Shown one piece after another: positions 30,768 through 38,920 of a stretch of DNA of 64,000 nucleotides (its first letter is position 1; each line of letters opens with the position of its first letter). Made by a program: the position numbers and the translations under genes. The stretch is from IMG/VR virus record IMGVR_UViG_3300045988_144993, one strand, 5' to 3'. This stretch comes from a virus. The notes below the pieces were generated by a model. The model was not told the DNA's origin, ran no database searches, and was given only the letters and a program-made list of their open reading frames with translations.

Positions 30768-31138
30768 ATAGAAGTAATCAAGAGTGCTGACCTAAAAGGT
30801 TGGCAATTCTAAATGTATTAAGAAATAATATTGAGCAACGCAAAATTAAATAAACAACAATCGAGTAGTGAACAGCAAAGCCTTACGAGGATATGCCACA
30901 ATGTACGAACCATTCAGAAAGACCGTACAATCACTGAATGGGTGGCAGGAATTAGAACTAATGGTGTAACGGTAGCATAGCGGCGGTGAAGTCGCGGCTC
31001 TGGTTCGACTCCAGAATGTTCGACCAAAAAGAAAGTTCCTTAAAAGTATCGGCGTTTGAAAAAGCAATGTAAAAATAGAAAGTAATTAAGAGAGATAATT
31101 GTTGGTACGTTGTGCGCAGACTAATCCAGCCATTGCTC

Positions 31139-31170
31139 CCATAGGTGCGAGACCTATGGCTCGATTTTTA
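31139..31170 (+). terminator. intrinsic-terminator-like hairpin
   Basis: CCATAGG-tgcgaga-CCTATGG (7-bp stem) followed by CTCGATTTTTA. Confidence 0.45.
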
Positions 31171-31210
31171 GATATAAAGAGAAATATAAAGAAATAAGAG
31201 GGAGTTAAAT

Positions 31211-32815
31211 ATGACATCATTTCTCATTCCTGTCGGAATTGCAATCGCAGCAATTATTGTAGTTGTCATATTCTGTTGCTTAATTTATAAAGTTGCAGGT
31301 ATTGACAAAGCGCTCATCGTAACAGGTGGCAAAGAACCTAAAATTAAGGTATCTGGTGGTTCTTTTGTAATCCCGATTTTCCGAAAGGCTCAATATTTTG
31401 ACCTTTGTATGTTGACTGTTACAGCAGACAGAGATGAAGTAAAGACCAAAACATCTGTGCCTATTGTAATTGATTGGACTGCACAGATTAGACCTGACAC
31501 CGATAATATGGATAATTTGAAGAAAGCAATTATCTCATTCAAAGAACGAGGTCAAGACGGAATTATAAACGATGTAAAATTGACATTAACAGGTGCGGTT
31601 CGTGATATTGTGGCATCAATGACACCGGAAGAAGTTCTTCGTGACAAAGTTGCTTTTGCCGATAATGTTAAAAAAATTGTTTCTGATGAAATGGTAAATA
31701 TGGGTATGGAACTTGTATCACTCAACATTCAGGACATTACAGACAATAACGGCTACTATGACAATATTGCTGCTCTTGATATGGAAGATAAGCGCCGTGA
31801 AGCAGAGAACAAAAAGGCGGTAGTTGACCAGGCAGTTCGTACACAAAAAGCAGAATCCGAAAAGGTTGCTTCCCAGAATGAACTTGACTCCAAACTTGCT
31901 GTTGCTGCTAAACAAAGAGATAACAACTTGAAGATTGCAGAATTTAAAGCAGAAACAGATAAGGCAGATGCCGATGCCGCAATCGCAGGTGAATTGCAGA
32001 GAACGATTAGGCAGCAGGAAATTGCTCAACAGCAAGGTTGTATCAAGGTTGTTGAGCAAGAACAGGCTAATCTTGCGGCAATGAAAGAAAAAGAAGTAAT
32101 TGCTACAAGAGCCGAGGCTGAAAAGCAAAAGAGACAAATTGAAGCCGAAGCCGATGCAAATGTCCGTAAGGTAAGTGCAGATGCTACCGTTGAGGTTGCA
32201 GAGAAAGAAGCAAGTGCTACCAAGATTACAGCAGAAGCTACCGCAGAGAAAACTCGTAAAGAGGGTACTGCTGTTGCAGATGTTACTAAACAGAAAGGTA
32301 TTGCAGAAGCAGAGGTTATTCGCCAGAGAGGTCTTGCCGAGGCGGAAGTTGAGAAACAGAAGTTAATGGCACAGGCAGAAGGCGAAAGAGCATTAGCAGA
32401 AGCCCGTGCATCCAACGAAAAGGTCAACTTTGAGATTGAGAAGTTGAAGATTGAGAACGAAGCAAAGATTACTATTGCTACAAAGACAGCCGAGATTATG
32501 GCTAACATCGGTCAGAACGCAGAGTTCGTAAATATCGGTGGTGGCAATACTTCCAGCGGAACAGGAAATGTTCTTATCGACACTCTGGCAAGTGTTCCTG
32601 CCCTTATGAAGAAGTTGAATACAGAGAATCAGGCACTCAACGGGCAGTCATTTAATGATGAAATTCGTGGCTTGGTTTCAAGCATTGCCGAACCCGTAAA
32701 GGGTTTACTTGCAACAACTACTAACACAACTGTTAATGGTGTTAAAGATGAAAATGTAAATTCTGACGGCGTAAAGGTTTTACCCGAAACATCTGTTGAA
32801 GCTGGAACAGAGTAA
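31211..32815 (+). CDS. flotillin/SPFH (band 7) family protein
   Basis: N-terminal transmembrane segment, an SPFH domain, and a long Ala/Glu-rich coiled coil with A-E-A-E repeats. Confidence 0.7.
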   Translation: MTSFLIPVGIAIAAIIVVVIFCCLIYKVAGIDKALIVTGGKEPKIKVSGGSFVIPIFRKAQYFDLCMLTVTADRDEVKTKTSVPIVIDWTAQIRPDTDNMDNLKKAIISFKERGQDGIINDVKLTLTGAVRDIVASMTPEEVLRDKVAFADNVKKIVSDEMVNMGMELVSLNIQDITDNNGYYDNIAALDMEDKRREAENKKAVVDQAVRTQKAESEKVASQNELDSKLAVAAKQRDNNLKIAEFKAETDKADADAAIAGELQRTIRQQEIAQQQGCIKVVEQEQANLAAMKEKEVIATRAEAEKQKRQIEAEADANVRKVSADATVEVAEKEASATKITAEATAEKTRKEGTAVADVTKQKGIAEAEVIRQRGLAEAEVEKQKLMAQAEGERALAEARASNEKVNFEIEKLKIENEAKITIATKTAEIMANIGQNAEFVNIGGGNTSSGTGNVLIDTLASVPALMKKLNTENQALNGQSFNDEIRGLVSSIAEPVKGLLATTTNTTVNGVKDENVNSDGVKVLPETSVEAGTE

Positions 32816-32963
32816 TACATAATTTCATCGGTTATTAAGGTGCTACGAAGTATGTGCGATATATATAAGCCCAATTTGATGTTGGGGTTCGTTTCGGGTA
32901 TCGTATATAAGGCAGAAGCAGTAGTAAATGGAATTTGATAAACAGCCTTATAAATAACCACTT

Positions 32964-33038
32964 GCGAATATAGTGTAAAGGTTAGCACGCAAGTTTTCCA
33001 AACTTGAAGTGAGAGTTCAATTCTCTCTATTCGCTCCA
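32964..33038 (+). tRNA. tRNA-Gly(TCC)
   Basis: Acceptor stem GCGAATA/TATTCGC. Anticodon stem CAAGT/ACTTG with loop TTTCCAA. T-arm GAGAG-TTCAATT-CTCTC. CCA is encoded. Confidence 0.75.
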
Positions 33039-33043
33039 TATAT

Positions 33044-33119
33044 TGGGGTGTCGCCAAGCGGTAAGGCACAGGACTTTGACTCCTGCATTTCGTTGGTTCG
33101 AGTCCAACCACCCCAGCCA
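33044..33119 (+). tRNA. tRNA-Gln(TTG)
   Basis: Acceptor stem TGGGGTG/CACCCCA. Anticodon loop CTTTGAC. T-loop GGTTCGAGTCC. CCA is encoded. Confidence 0.75.
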
Positions 33120-33122
33120 TAT

Positions 33123-33213
33123 GGCGAGGTAATCCTAATGGTAAGGAAGCAGTTTGCTAAACTGTTAGTAGCCGGAAAACGGTGTGTGAGTTCGAGTCTC
33201 ACCCTCGCCGCCA
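33123..33213 (+). tRNA. tRNA-Ser(GCT)
   Basis: Acceptor stem GGCGAGG/CCTCGCC. Anticodon loop TTGCTAA. Long variable arm. CCA is encoded. Confidence 0.7.
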
Positions 33214-33327
33214 GTAATCTAATCGCAATTATTAGATACCTAAAATAAAGCGAATAAATAAGGGGTTGAGTGGTACGATACAAACTCTATGCCTTGCAGA
33301 GTTTATACCACAAGCAAGGTAATATAT

Positions 33328-33403
33328 AGGAGGGTAGTTTAATGGAGAACTCCGGTCTCCAAAACCGATGTAGATGAGGGTTCAAATCCTTCCTCTCCTG
33401 CCA
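33328..33403 (+). tRNA. tRNA-Trp(CCA)
   Basis: Acceptor stem AGGAGGG/CTCTCCT with one G-U pair. Anticodon loop CTCCAAA. T-loop GGTTCAAATCC. Confidence 0.6.
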
Positions 33404-33791
33404 GGTAAGTGAGAGATAAATATGCGATTAAAAGGTACAGCCTTTGTATTGGACGAGAAAGGTTTTCTTATTCATAGTTACGAGTCTCAATGCCGAAGTA
33501 CAAGGTGCATATACTCGCAGGTCGAGGGTTGGAGCAACGACTCGAAATAAAGTCTCCAAAATGTTTCCCGATGTTCAGTACACAATCGGCATAGAGGCAA
33601 AGGGTTAAAGGTGTTCGTATAATGACCAGAGATGGAAATTGCCAGAAGTCTGAAAAACCTAATTCTCGTAAGTCTATGAAGAAAGGAATAGCCTTTATTA
33701 GTGGGTGCGATAATGACGATTATCTAAAGGACACTAATTAGCGGTAGAATTTAAGTGTTGCAACACGAAAGACGTAGAGCCGCCAAAACAC

Positions 33792-33866
33792 GCATATGTA
33801 GCCAAATGGTTAAGGCAGCGGACTGCAACTCCGTCATTGCTGGTTCAATTCCAGCCATATGCTCCA
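33792..33866 (+). tRNA. tRNA-Cys(GCA)
   Basis: Acceptor stem GCATATG/CATATGC. Anticodon loop CTGCAAC. T-loop GGTTCAATTCC. Confidence 0.75.
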
Positions 33867-33872
33867 ATATAT

Positions 33873-33948
33873 GTGGTTGTTAGTGTAACGGTAAGCACGG
33901 CAGTTTGTGACACTGCAAGAAAAGGTTCAATTCCTTTACTTCCACCCA
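33873..33948 (+). tRNA. tRNA-His(GTG) with encoded G-1 and C73
   Basis: Anticodon stem GCAGT/ACTGC with loop TTGTGAC. T-arm AAAGG-TTCAATT-CCTTT. The acceptor stem (TGGTTGT/ACTTCCA) has two adjacent U-U mismatches at pairs 4:69 and 5:68. Confidence 0.6.
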
Positions 33949-33956
33949 ATATATAT

Positions 33957-34032
33957 GTGCCAGTAGCTCAATCGGTAGAGCAATCGACTTTTAATCGGTA
34001 GGTCGGAGGTTCGATTCCTCTCTGGCACACCA
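33957..34032 (+). tRNA. tRNA-Lys(TTT)
   Basis: Acceptor stem GTGCCAG/CTGGCAC. Anticodon loop CTTTTAA. T-loop GGTTCGATTCC. Confidence 0.75.
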
Positions 34033-34034
34033 TT

Positions 34035-34169
34035 GATGGCTGAAAATACTCATCCTTCTAAATCTTTTGCCTGTTAAGCAAGAGGTTGTCGGTTCGAGTC
34101 CGGCACTACCCCGTGGGTAGTTAGCTCAATCGGATAGAGCGCTTACAAGAATAGAGTATAAAATTTCCA
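34035..34169 (+). repeat. repeat unit U0 (long class) carrying a permuted tRNA-Asn-like domain
   Basis: Conserved blocks GATGGCTG and TCATCCTTCTA (34050-34060), and AAATTTCCA (34161-34169). Confidence 0.6.
34066..34146 (+). ncRNA. circularly permuted tRNA-like domain (Asn-GTT-like)
   Basis: Gene order: anticodon stem-loop TTTGC-CTGTTAA-GCAAG, then variable region, then T-arm GTCGG-TTCGAGT-CCGGC, then acceptor 3' strand ACTACCC plus C, then GT, then acceptor 5' strand GGGTAGT, then D-arm GCTC..GAGC, then anticodon-stem 5' strand. The two acceptor strands are perfectly complementary. Confidence 0.5.
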
Positions 34170-34275
34170 TCAAATTTCCCTTAACGGCTATATTGAAACT
34201 TCCTTCTATTAAAGAAATTGGGTTCTAAATAGTTTCAATGATTACCGACAAATTAAAACAAAGGAGATTATTACA

Positions 34276-36540
34276 ATGAAGAATTTCAAATTAACAGAAC
34301 TTGATAAGATTTTGTTACGCCGTAAGCATTCAGTGATGTTTGAACCTGCTAATATGACTTATGAGCAGAGCAAGACAGAAAAAGCACTCGTTGTTTCCGG
34401 CTTGAAAAATGTTCAGGCTCTTGGATTTACATTTTCAAAGGAACTTATTGAAAAAGCATTTCATTTTACAAGAGATGAGTTTACTGCTTTCTATGGTTTT
34501 CTTATTCCTGCACTTAAAGAACTTGTTGGTGCGGATGTTACATATAATCCAATGTACCCGAACTTTCCACAGCAGGTTGCAGAAGCAAGTGACATTGAGT
34601 TATTCATCAATGCAATCGTTCATTACTGGTCATTTGGCACATTGATTCCCGAATACGAAAAAAATGAGCGTTTACCGCTTATTGATGACAATAAAATGGC
34701 TGTTTTATCAGTAGGAAGTCACGATGATTTGATGACTATTTTCACAAATCTTGTTGAGAGCAAGACATCAATCTCGGAGCAGGACAAAGAGGACATTGAA
34801 ACTATCATTCTTGCTTGTCCTGATTATACTACATATCTTCCTGATACAATCCCTCTTAAAGAGAATGTTGCGTTCGTTGGAAAACTCATTATTGAAAAAG
34901 CACCAATCAAAAGCGCCGATTCAATAGGCAAATACTTCAAGACCGCAACGGATGTTTTACGACTTGTAACAGCACTTTCCGATGGCGACATTAGCCTTGC
35001 TTCAAAAACCAAGTACAGAAATCTTCGTAGGGTTGAACGCCGTATGATTATGGACTTGCTTACTGGTTGTGGTAACATAACAGAGGATTTATTCCGTTAT
35101 CAGTATGAATGGATTAGAGTTGCAGAAATTCTTCATCCGTTTGAATATAAAAAAGCAAAGTATAGCAATGTCAACGCTGCATTCAATACTTTAAGAAACG
35201 AGAAAAAACCTCTTATGTTTGCAGGAAAGGTTCAGGCAGCAATTACCGCAAAAGATATGCGTGAAGCTGCCACCTTGTTAAAAGCAAGACCCGGAGAGTT
35301 CGCAAGGCAACTTGACAAACTGATTCGTGATGCAGATAATCCGAATTATATTGTCAACTGTTTTAAGGAAGTTGCAACAGAAATCTCAACTCCTGTACTC
35401 CTTCAGGTAAGACAGCATTTCATAGGAAGAATGGAGAATGATAATCAGCCTGTAAGAGTATTCTTTCCTAAAGGAAACCTTGCAAAAGCTATGGTTATCA
35501 GAAATGAACTTCCTAAAATCAATAGTAATGTATGTAAAAATGTTGCAAGGATTTGCCGTGAGGCTTTAATTGAACAGTACAAGGAAAAAGATTTTCTCGG
35601 AAAGGTTTATATTGATGAGGATTTCAAAAACTACCTTGTTCCGTTTAGTCAGAGAAGTGCAAGTAAGGCTGTTAAGACCATTGTTCGTGGTAGCAAATTG
35701 CCCATTAAGGAAGATGCTGCGGCTGTTCGTGGTTTTATCTGGTGGACTAATACCGATAAGACGAGAAATAGTTGGGATGCCGGCAATTATTGCAAAGGCA
35801 GGGTTGATATTGACCTTTCTGCAACCATCTATGATGAAAATTGGCAGTATGTTGACCGTGTATCATACACACAACTTCGCTCTGCAAAGTACAGAGCATA
35901 TCATTCGGGTGATATTACCAATGGCGGAAATGTTAATGGCGATGGTGTAGCAGAGTTCATTGATGTAGAGATTGATGCGGTGGCTAAAAATGCCGGTAGA
36001 TACATTGCATTTCAGGTTTATAGTTTTACACGACAGCATTTTTCTACGCTTCCTAATTGCCGTTTCGGATGGATGGAAAGAGAAGATGTAAATAGCGGTG
36101 AGATATTCGAGCCGCAAACAGTTGAAATGAAGATTGACTTAACTGCTGACAGCACTGTTGCTATACCCGTTATATTCGATTGCGTTGAGCGTAAATTCAT
36201 TTGGTGTGATATGAACCTTCAAAATGCAAGTTCGAGGTTTTATGGAAATAATCTTGAAAGTAATTTACACGGTGTAACCGCAACTTGCTATGGCTTAACA
36301 CATCTTAATAAGGCAAATATTTATGACCTCATAATGATGAATGCTATTGCAAGAGGTAGTATTGTCACAGATAGAAATGAAGCAGACATCATTTTCAGCA
36401 ATGATACAACAGTACCTTATGAAATTGTAAATGAGCTTGACGAGGTTACGGGTACTACAAAACCTGTTGTAAAGGAAAAGCCGGAAGTTCCGATTATCAC
36501 GGCTTTCGATACTGATTACTTTATGGGTCAGTTATTATAA
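34276..36540 (+). CDS. large protein with a C-terminal TerD-like domain
   Basis: From about residue 470 the pattern DIDLSATIYDENWQ...YHSGDITNGG..GDGVAEFIDVEID...IAFQVYSF matches the TerD/TerZ fold. The N-terminal ~460 aa are unassigned. Confidence 0.55.
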   Translation: MKNFKLTELDKILLRRKHSVMFEPANMTYEQSKTEKALVVSGLKNVQALGFTFSKELIEKAFHFTRDEFTAFYGFLIPALKELVGADVTYNPMYPNFPQQVAEASDIELFINAIVHYWSFGTLIPEYEKNERLPLIDDNKMAVLSVGSHDDLMTIFTNLVESKTSISEQDKEDIETIILACPDYTTYLPDTIPLKENVAFVGKLIIEKAPIKSADSIGKYFKTATDVLRLVTALSDGDISLASKTKYRNLRRVERRMIMDLLTGCGNITEDLFRYQYEWIRVAEILHPFEYKKAKYSNVNAAFNTLRNEKKPLMFAGKVQAAITAKDMREAATLLKARPGEFARQLDKLIRDADNPNYIVNCFKEVATEISTPVLLQVRQHFIGRMENDNQPVRVFFPKGNLAKAMVIRNELPKINSNVCKNVARICREALIEQYKEKDFLGKVYIDEDFKNYLVPFSQRSASKAVKTIVRGSKLPIKEDAAAVRGFIWWTNTDKTRNSWDAGNYCKGRVDIDLSATIYDENWQYVDRVSYTQLRSAKYRAYHSGDITNGGNVNGDGVAEFIDVEIDAVAKNAGRYIAFQVYSFTRQHFSTLPNCRFGWMEREDVNSGEIFEPQTVEMKIDLTADSTVAIPVIFDCVERKFIWCDMNLQNASSRFYGNNLESNLHGVTATCYGLTHLNKANIYDLIMMNAIARGSIVTDRNEADIIFSNDTTVPYEIVNELDEVTGTTKPVVKEKPEVPIITAFDTDYFMGQLL

Positions 36541-36548
36541 AAGTATTT

Positions 36549-36650
36549 TGTGGCTATGGGCTTTCTTCCTTCTACAAGAAAATAATTTCGGTGGTTAAGC
36601 CACCTACATAATGATGATAAGATAGAAAGTTCGATTTCCACTATTCATAA
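36549..36650 (+). repeat. repeat unit U1 (degenerate)
   Basis: TGTGGCT, then TCTTCCTTCTA, then ATTTCCA. Internal hairpin GGTGG-TTAAG-CCACC. Confidence 0.45.
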
Positions 36651-36652
36651 TT

Positions 36653-36726
36653 TGTGGCTGTAATGCTCATCCTTCTACATAATATCAAGAACTGCAAATT
36701 CTTCTAAAAAGAGCATTAAATTTCCA
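36653..36726 (+). repeat. repeat unit U2 (short class, 74 nt)
   Basis: TGTGGCTG at 36653, TCATCCTTCTA at 36667, AAATTTCCA at 36718. Anticodon-arm-like hairpin AAGAA-CTGCAAA-TTCTT at 36687-36703. Confidence 0.55.
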
Positions 36727-36745
36727 CACCTCTTTCTAAATATTA

Positions 36746-36822
36746 TGTGGCTATTGTTTTTCATCCTTCTACGCCAATAGGCACTTGATTTGGGATTAAG
36801 ATTTCAGAGAAACAAATTTCCA
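36746..36822 (+). repeat. repeat unit U3 (short class, 77 nt)
   Basis: TGTGGCT at 36746, TCATCCTTCTA at 36761, AAATTTCCA at 36814. Hairpin CTTGA-TTTGGGA-TTAAG at 36784-36800. Confidence 0.55.
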
Positions 36823-36834
36823 TAATACAAAATA

Positions 36835-36983
36835 TGTGGCTGACCAACATCATCCTTCTATATATCAGGGAACTATATGTCGTGGGTTCGATTCCCACCA
36901 TTCCATCGAAGATGGAATGTAGCACAGTTGGTAGTGCAATAGTATTATTAGATGTTAAAATTACCGCATCGAATAAATTTCAA
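36835..36983 (+). repeat. repeat unit U4 (long class) carrying a permuted tRNA-like domain
   Basis: TGTGGCTG at 36835, TCATCCTTCTA at 36850, AAATTTCAA at 36975. Confidence 0.6.
36872..36943 (+). ncRNA. circularly permuted tRNA-like domain
   Basis: ACTAT, variable region, T-arm GTGGG-TTCGATT-CCCAC, acceptor 3' strand CATTCCA, loop TCGAAGA, acceptor 5' strand TGGAATG, D-arm TA-GCAC-AGTTGGTA-GTGC, then ATAGT. Both the acceptor stem (7 bp) and the anticodon stem (5 bp) pair perfectly. The would-be anticodon loop is not canonical. Confidence 0.5.
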
Positions 36984-37012
36984 ATAATTAGAAATAATAT
37001 TGAGAAAAACAC

Positions 37013-37041
37013 TTGACAAATAGTAAAATGTGTGCTATAAT
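37013..37041 (+). promoter_or_regulatory. sigma-A-type promoter with upstream element, inside the repeat region
   Basis: Upstream element TTAGAAATAATATTGAGAAA at 36988. TTGACA at 37013 and extended -10 TATAAT at 37036. Confidence 0.55.
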
Positions 37042-37064
37042 ATCTAATGTAAGTTAAATAAATA

Positions 37065-37142
37065 TTCGGCTGTTGAGGTTCATCCTTCTACCTATTAGGA
37101 ATAGACTTTTAATCTATATATTATAAGAGCCTCAAATTTCTG
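37065..37142 (+). repeat. repeat unit U5 (short class)
   Basis: TTCGGCTG, TCATCCTTCTA at 37080, AAATTTCTG at 37134. Hairpin ATAGA-CTTTTAA-TCTAT at 37101-37117. Confidence 0.5.
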
Positions 37143-37151
37143 AATATAAGC

Positions 37152-37289
37152 TGGCTGAAAGGTTTCATCCTTCTTCAAATACATAATATCAAGCTGCTAA
37201 TCGTGGGTTCGATTCCCACCTATCTACATTGTTGGTAGTCGCCAAGAGGTAAGGCAGCAGCCCTAAAATCAAAGAGACCGAAATTTCCA
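37152..37289 (+). repeat. repeat unit U6 (long class) carrying a permuted tRNA-like domain
   Basis: TGGCTG at 37152, TCATCCTTCTT at 37165, AAATTTCCA at 37281. Confidence 0.55.
37193..37261 (+). ncRNA. circularly permuted tRNA-like domain (Gln/Glu-type D-arm)
   Basis: GCTGC, variable region, T-arm GTGGG-TTCGATT-CCCAC, CTATCTA, then TTGGTAG, D-arm TCGCCAAGAGGTAAGGCA, then GCAGC. The anticodon stem pairs perfectly. The acceptor stem pairs only 5 of 7, with one wobble. Confidence 0.4.
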
Positions 37290-37481
37290 GCATTAAGAAA
37301 CATTATTGAGCAAAACAAAATACGATAACTACAAAACCTAATCAGAATTTTTCACCTCTTTCTTTCCTTTCTATGTTTTTGTGTATTTCATAAGATAAAT
37401 TAAGAGTATTTTTTTGTCTGATTAAAACCTGTTTAACAGGGGGCAAAGTTAGATAGATAAAGGTCTTTGCCATATACATAT

Positions 37482-37559
37482 GCGCCGATAGTTCAGTTGG
37501 AACAGAATGCTTGACTACGAATCAAGAGGTCGCAGGTTCGAGTCCTGCTCGGCGTGCCA
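37482..37559 (+). tRNA. tRNA-Arg(ACG)
   Basis: Acceptor stem GCGCCGA/TCGGCGT. Anticodon stem CTTGA/TCAAG with loop CTACGAA. T-arm GCAGG-TTCGAGT-CCTGC. CCA is encoded. Confidence 0.7.
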
Positions 37560-37577
37560 AGAGTGAAAATTTAATAT

Positions 37578-37663
37578 GCTGGTATGATGGAATTGGCAGA
37601 CATAGCGGACTTAAAATCCGTTGGCTGCAAGCCGTGTCGGTTCGAGTCCGACTACCAGTACCA
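37578..37663 (+). tRNA. tRNA-Leu(TAA)
   Basis: Acceptor stem GCTGGTA/TACCAGT. Anticodon loop CTTAAAA. Long variable arm. T-arm GTCGG-TTCGAGT-CCGAC. Confidence 0.7.
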
Positions 37664-37713
37664 CTTTTCATTAAGTTTCACCTCTATTGACAGCCGGGAA
37701 AGACCGGCAATAT

Positions 37714-37803
37714 GGCGAGTTGGCAGAGTCCGGCTTATTGCACCTGTCTCGAAAACAGGCGGCGGTGATGAGCCGCCCGTGGGTTCAAATCCTACACTCG
37801 CCG
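37714..37803 (+). tRNA. tRNA-Ser(CGA)
   Basis: Acceptor stem GGCGAGT/ACTCGCC. Anticodon stem CCTGT/ACAGG with loop CTCGAAA. Long variable arm. T-arm GTGGG-TTCAAAT-CCTAC. CCA is not encoded. Confidence 0.65.
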
Positions 37804-38422
37804 TCAACATCCTGTTAGCGCAACAGGTTGGTTGAGAACCGACTCTCACGACCAATACCAAAAGCATAAAAGCCTCTTAACAATGCTCACTATTATGAAA
37901 AAGTTGGTTATTAAAATATTGCTGTCGCCGCGAATATAGGTGGGGTAAACATACTTTCATATGCAAATCGCAAAATCCTCATTAGCGAACTCCGTGGAAG
38001 CTGCTCCTATGGCTGATGGCTTCTGACAGCAACTATATAAATGAGAAGAAAGAAACTCTCTGTTTAGGGTGAAATGATATATCTCTAATCGGTGCTGACA
38101 CCTATCAGACATTTATATGGCGTTACACCCTCTACCGATACGATAAATCGGGGTAACACAATGGTGAGGGAATTATAAATACGAGAGTGCAGGAATAATG
38201 AGTAGTCATTCAAAGGAATTACAGTAAATGATTGTGCATTTATAACGAACTGCAAGAGTGAATGTATGAACAATGAATGACGGTGACTAAATATCAGTTA
38301 GCAATGGCAATATGAGGCGAGGATGTGGTGTGGCTATGCAAACCAACTCACAGTGTTTCGGCATAGAGTAGTTAAACTGTTGCTAACTGGTATTGAAATC
38401 ACTTTAGAAAGGAGAGAACAAA

Positions 38423-38692
38423 ATGTTTCATAATGTAATAATCGGAAGTCCGATTGTAGAACCTAAAACATTGATTGCTCTTGATGATGTAGATTGGGAA
38501 ACCAATGAAAAAGAAAAGACATTATTTACCGATACAAGATTTCTTCCGGCAATTATGAAAGAAGCCGGAATAGTGAAATCAATCGGAGAAGTTAGAAAGA
38601 ATAAGCCCGAACTTGTTTTTACTCTTAATGAACTTGATTGTTTATGGATTAAATGGGGCAAGAAGTTTCTTTATATTGTAGTCGGTAATTGA
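38423..38692 (+). CDS. hypothetical protein
   Basis: ORF with ribosome-binding site AAAGGAGAG. Confidence 0.55.
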   Translation: MFHNVIIGSPIVEPKTLIALDDVDWETNEKEKTLFTDTRFLPAIMKEAGIVKSIGEVRKNKPELVFTLNELDCLWIKWGKKFLYIVVGN

Positions 38693-38920
38693 TTGGAAAT
38701 TTATTATGAATAAAGATAAATTTGCGGAATTGATAAATGAAATATTTATAAGCGGCGTTGCTTATGGTATGGCTTATCAAACAAAAAGTGATGCAGAGAA
38801 ATATCATATTATTGATGAAAAAACAGATAAAATTTTATTTAGTGATTTTTAGTTAATGATTTGGCTATTTCTTTTTATCCAAGTGTGATTATTCCATCTG
38901 CTTTGAAAAATAAATGAATT

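Noticed and set aside
30790-31175. A tmRNA (ssrA) gene.
   Set aside because: Only a T-arm/ACCA 3' module is present. There is no complementary 5' acceptor strand, no GGGG 5' end, and no tag-peptide reading frame.
32629-33283. Tracked ORFs overlapping the tRNA genes: 32629-33120 (-), 33009-33248 (+), 33017-33283 (-), 37584-37835 (+), 37652-37867 (-) and 36834-37016 (+).
   Set aside because: They lie entirely within tRNA or tRNA-like RNA genes and have no ribosome-binding sites. They are spurious.
34276-36540. The large ORF between the tRNA clusters could be the Rsr/Ro60 (TROVE) partner of the Y-RNA-like elements.
   Set aside because: Its C-terminal domain matches TerD (DxDxSA..YDE...GDNxTG..GDDE pattern), not a TROVE domain plus vWA/MIDAS. 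The only MIDAS motif is in the separate vWA protein at 59731.
36650-37180. The conserved TCATCCTTCTA block contains CTA; this could be the anticodon of an amber-suppressor tRNA explaining the in-frame TAG.
   Set aside because: No complementary anticodon-stem strands flank it and position 37 is a pyrimidine. It is a conserved block, not an anticodon loop.
36545-37180. TGGCTG-N-TCATCC as a sigma-54 (-24/-12) promoter, or as a hammerhead-ribozyme core.
   Set aside because: The spacing and the -12 TGC element do not match sigma-54. The CUGAUGA/GAAA hammerhead core and its helices are not present.
34025-37290. The repeat units could be a CRISPR array.
   Set aside because: The units are 75-150 nt long, variable in length, have no fixed-length spacers, and consist of tRNA-like modules rather than short direct repeats.
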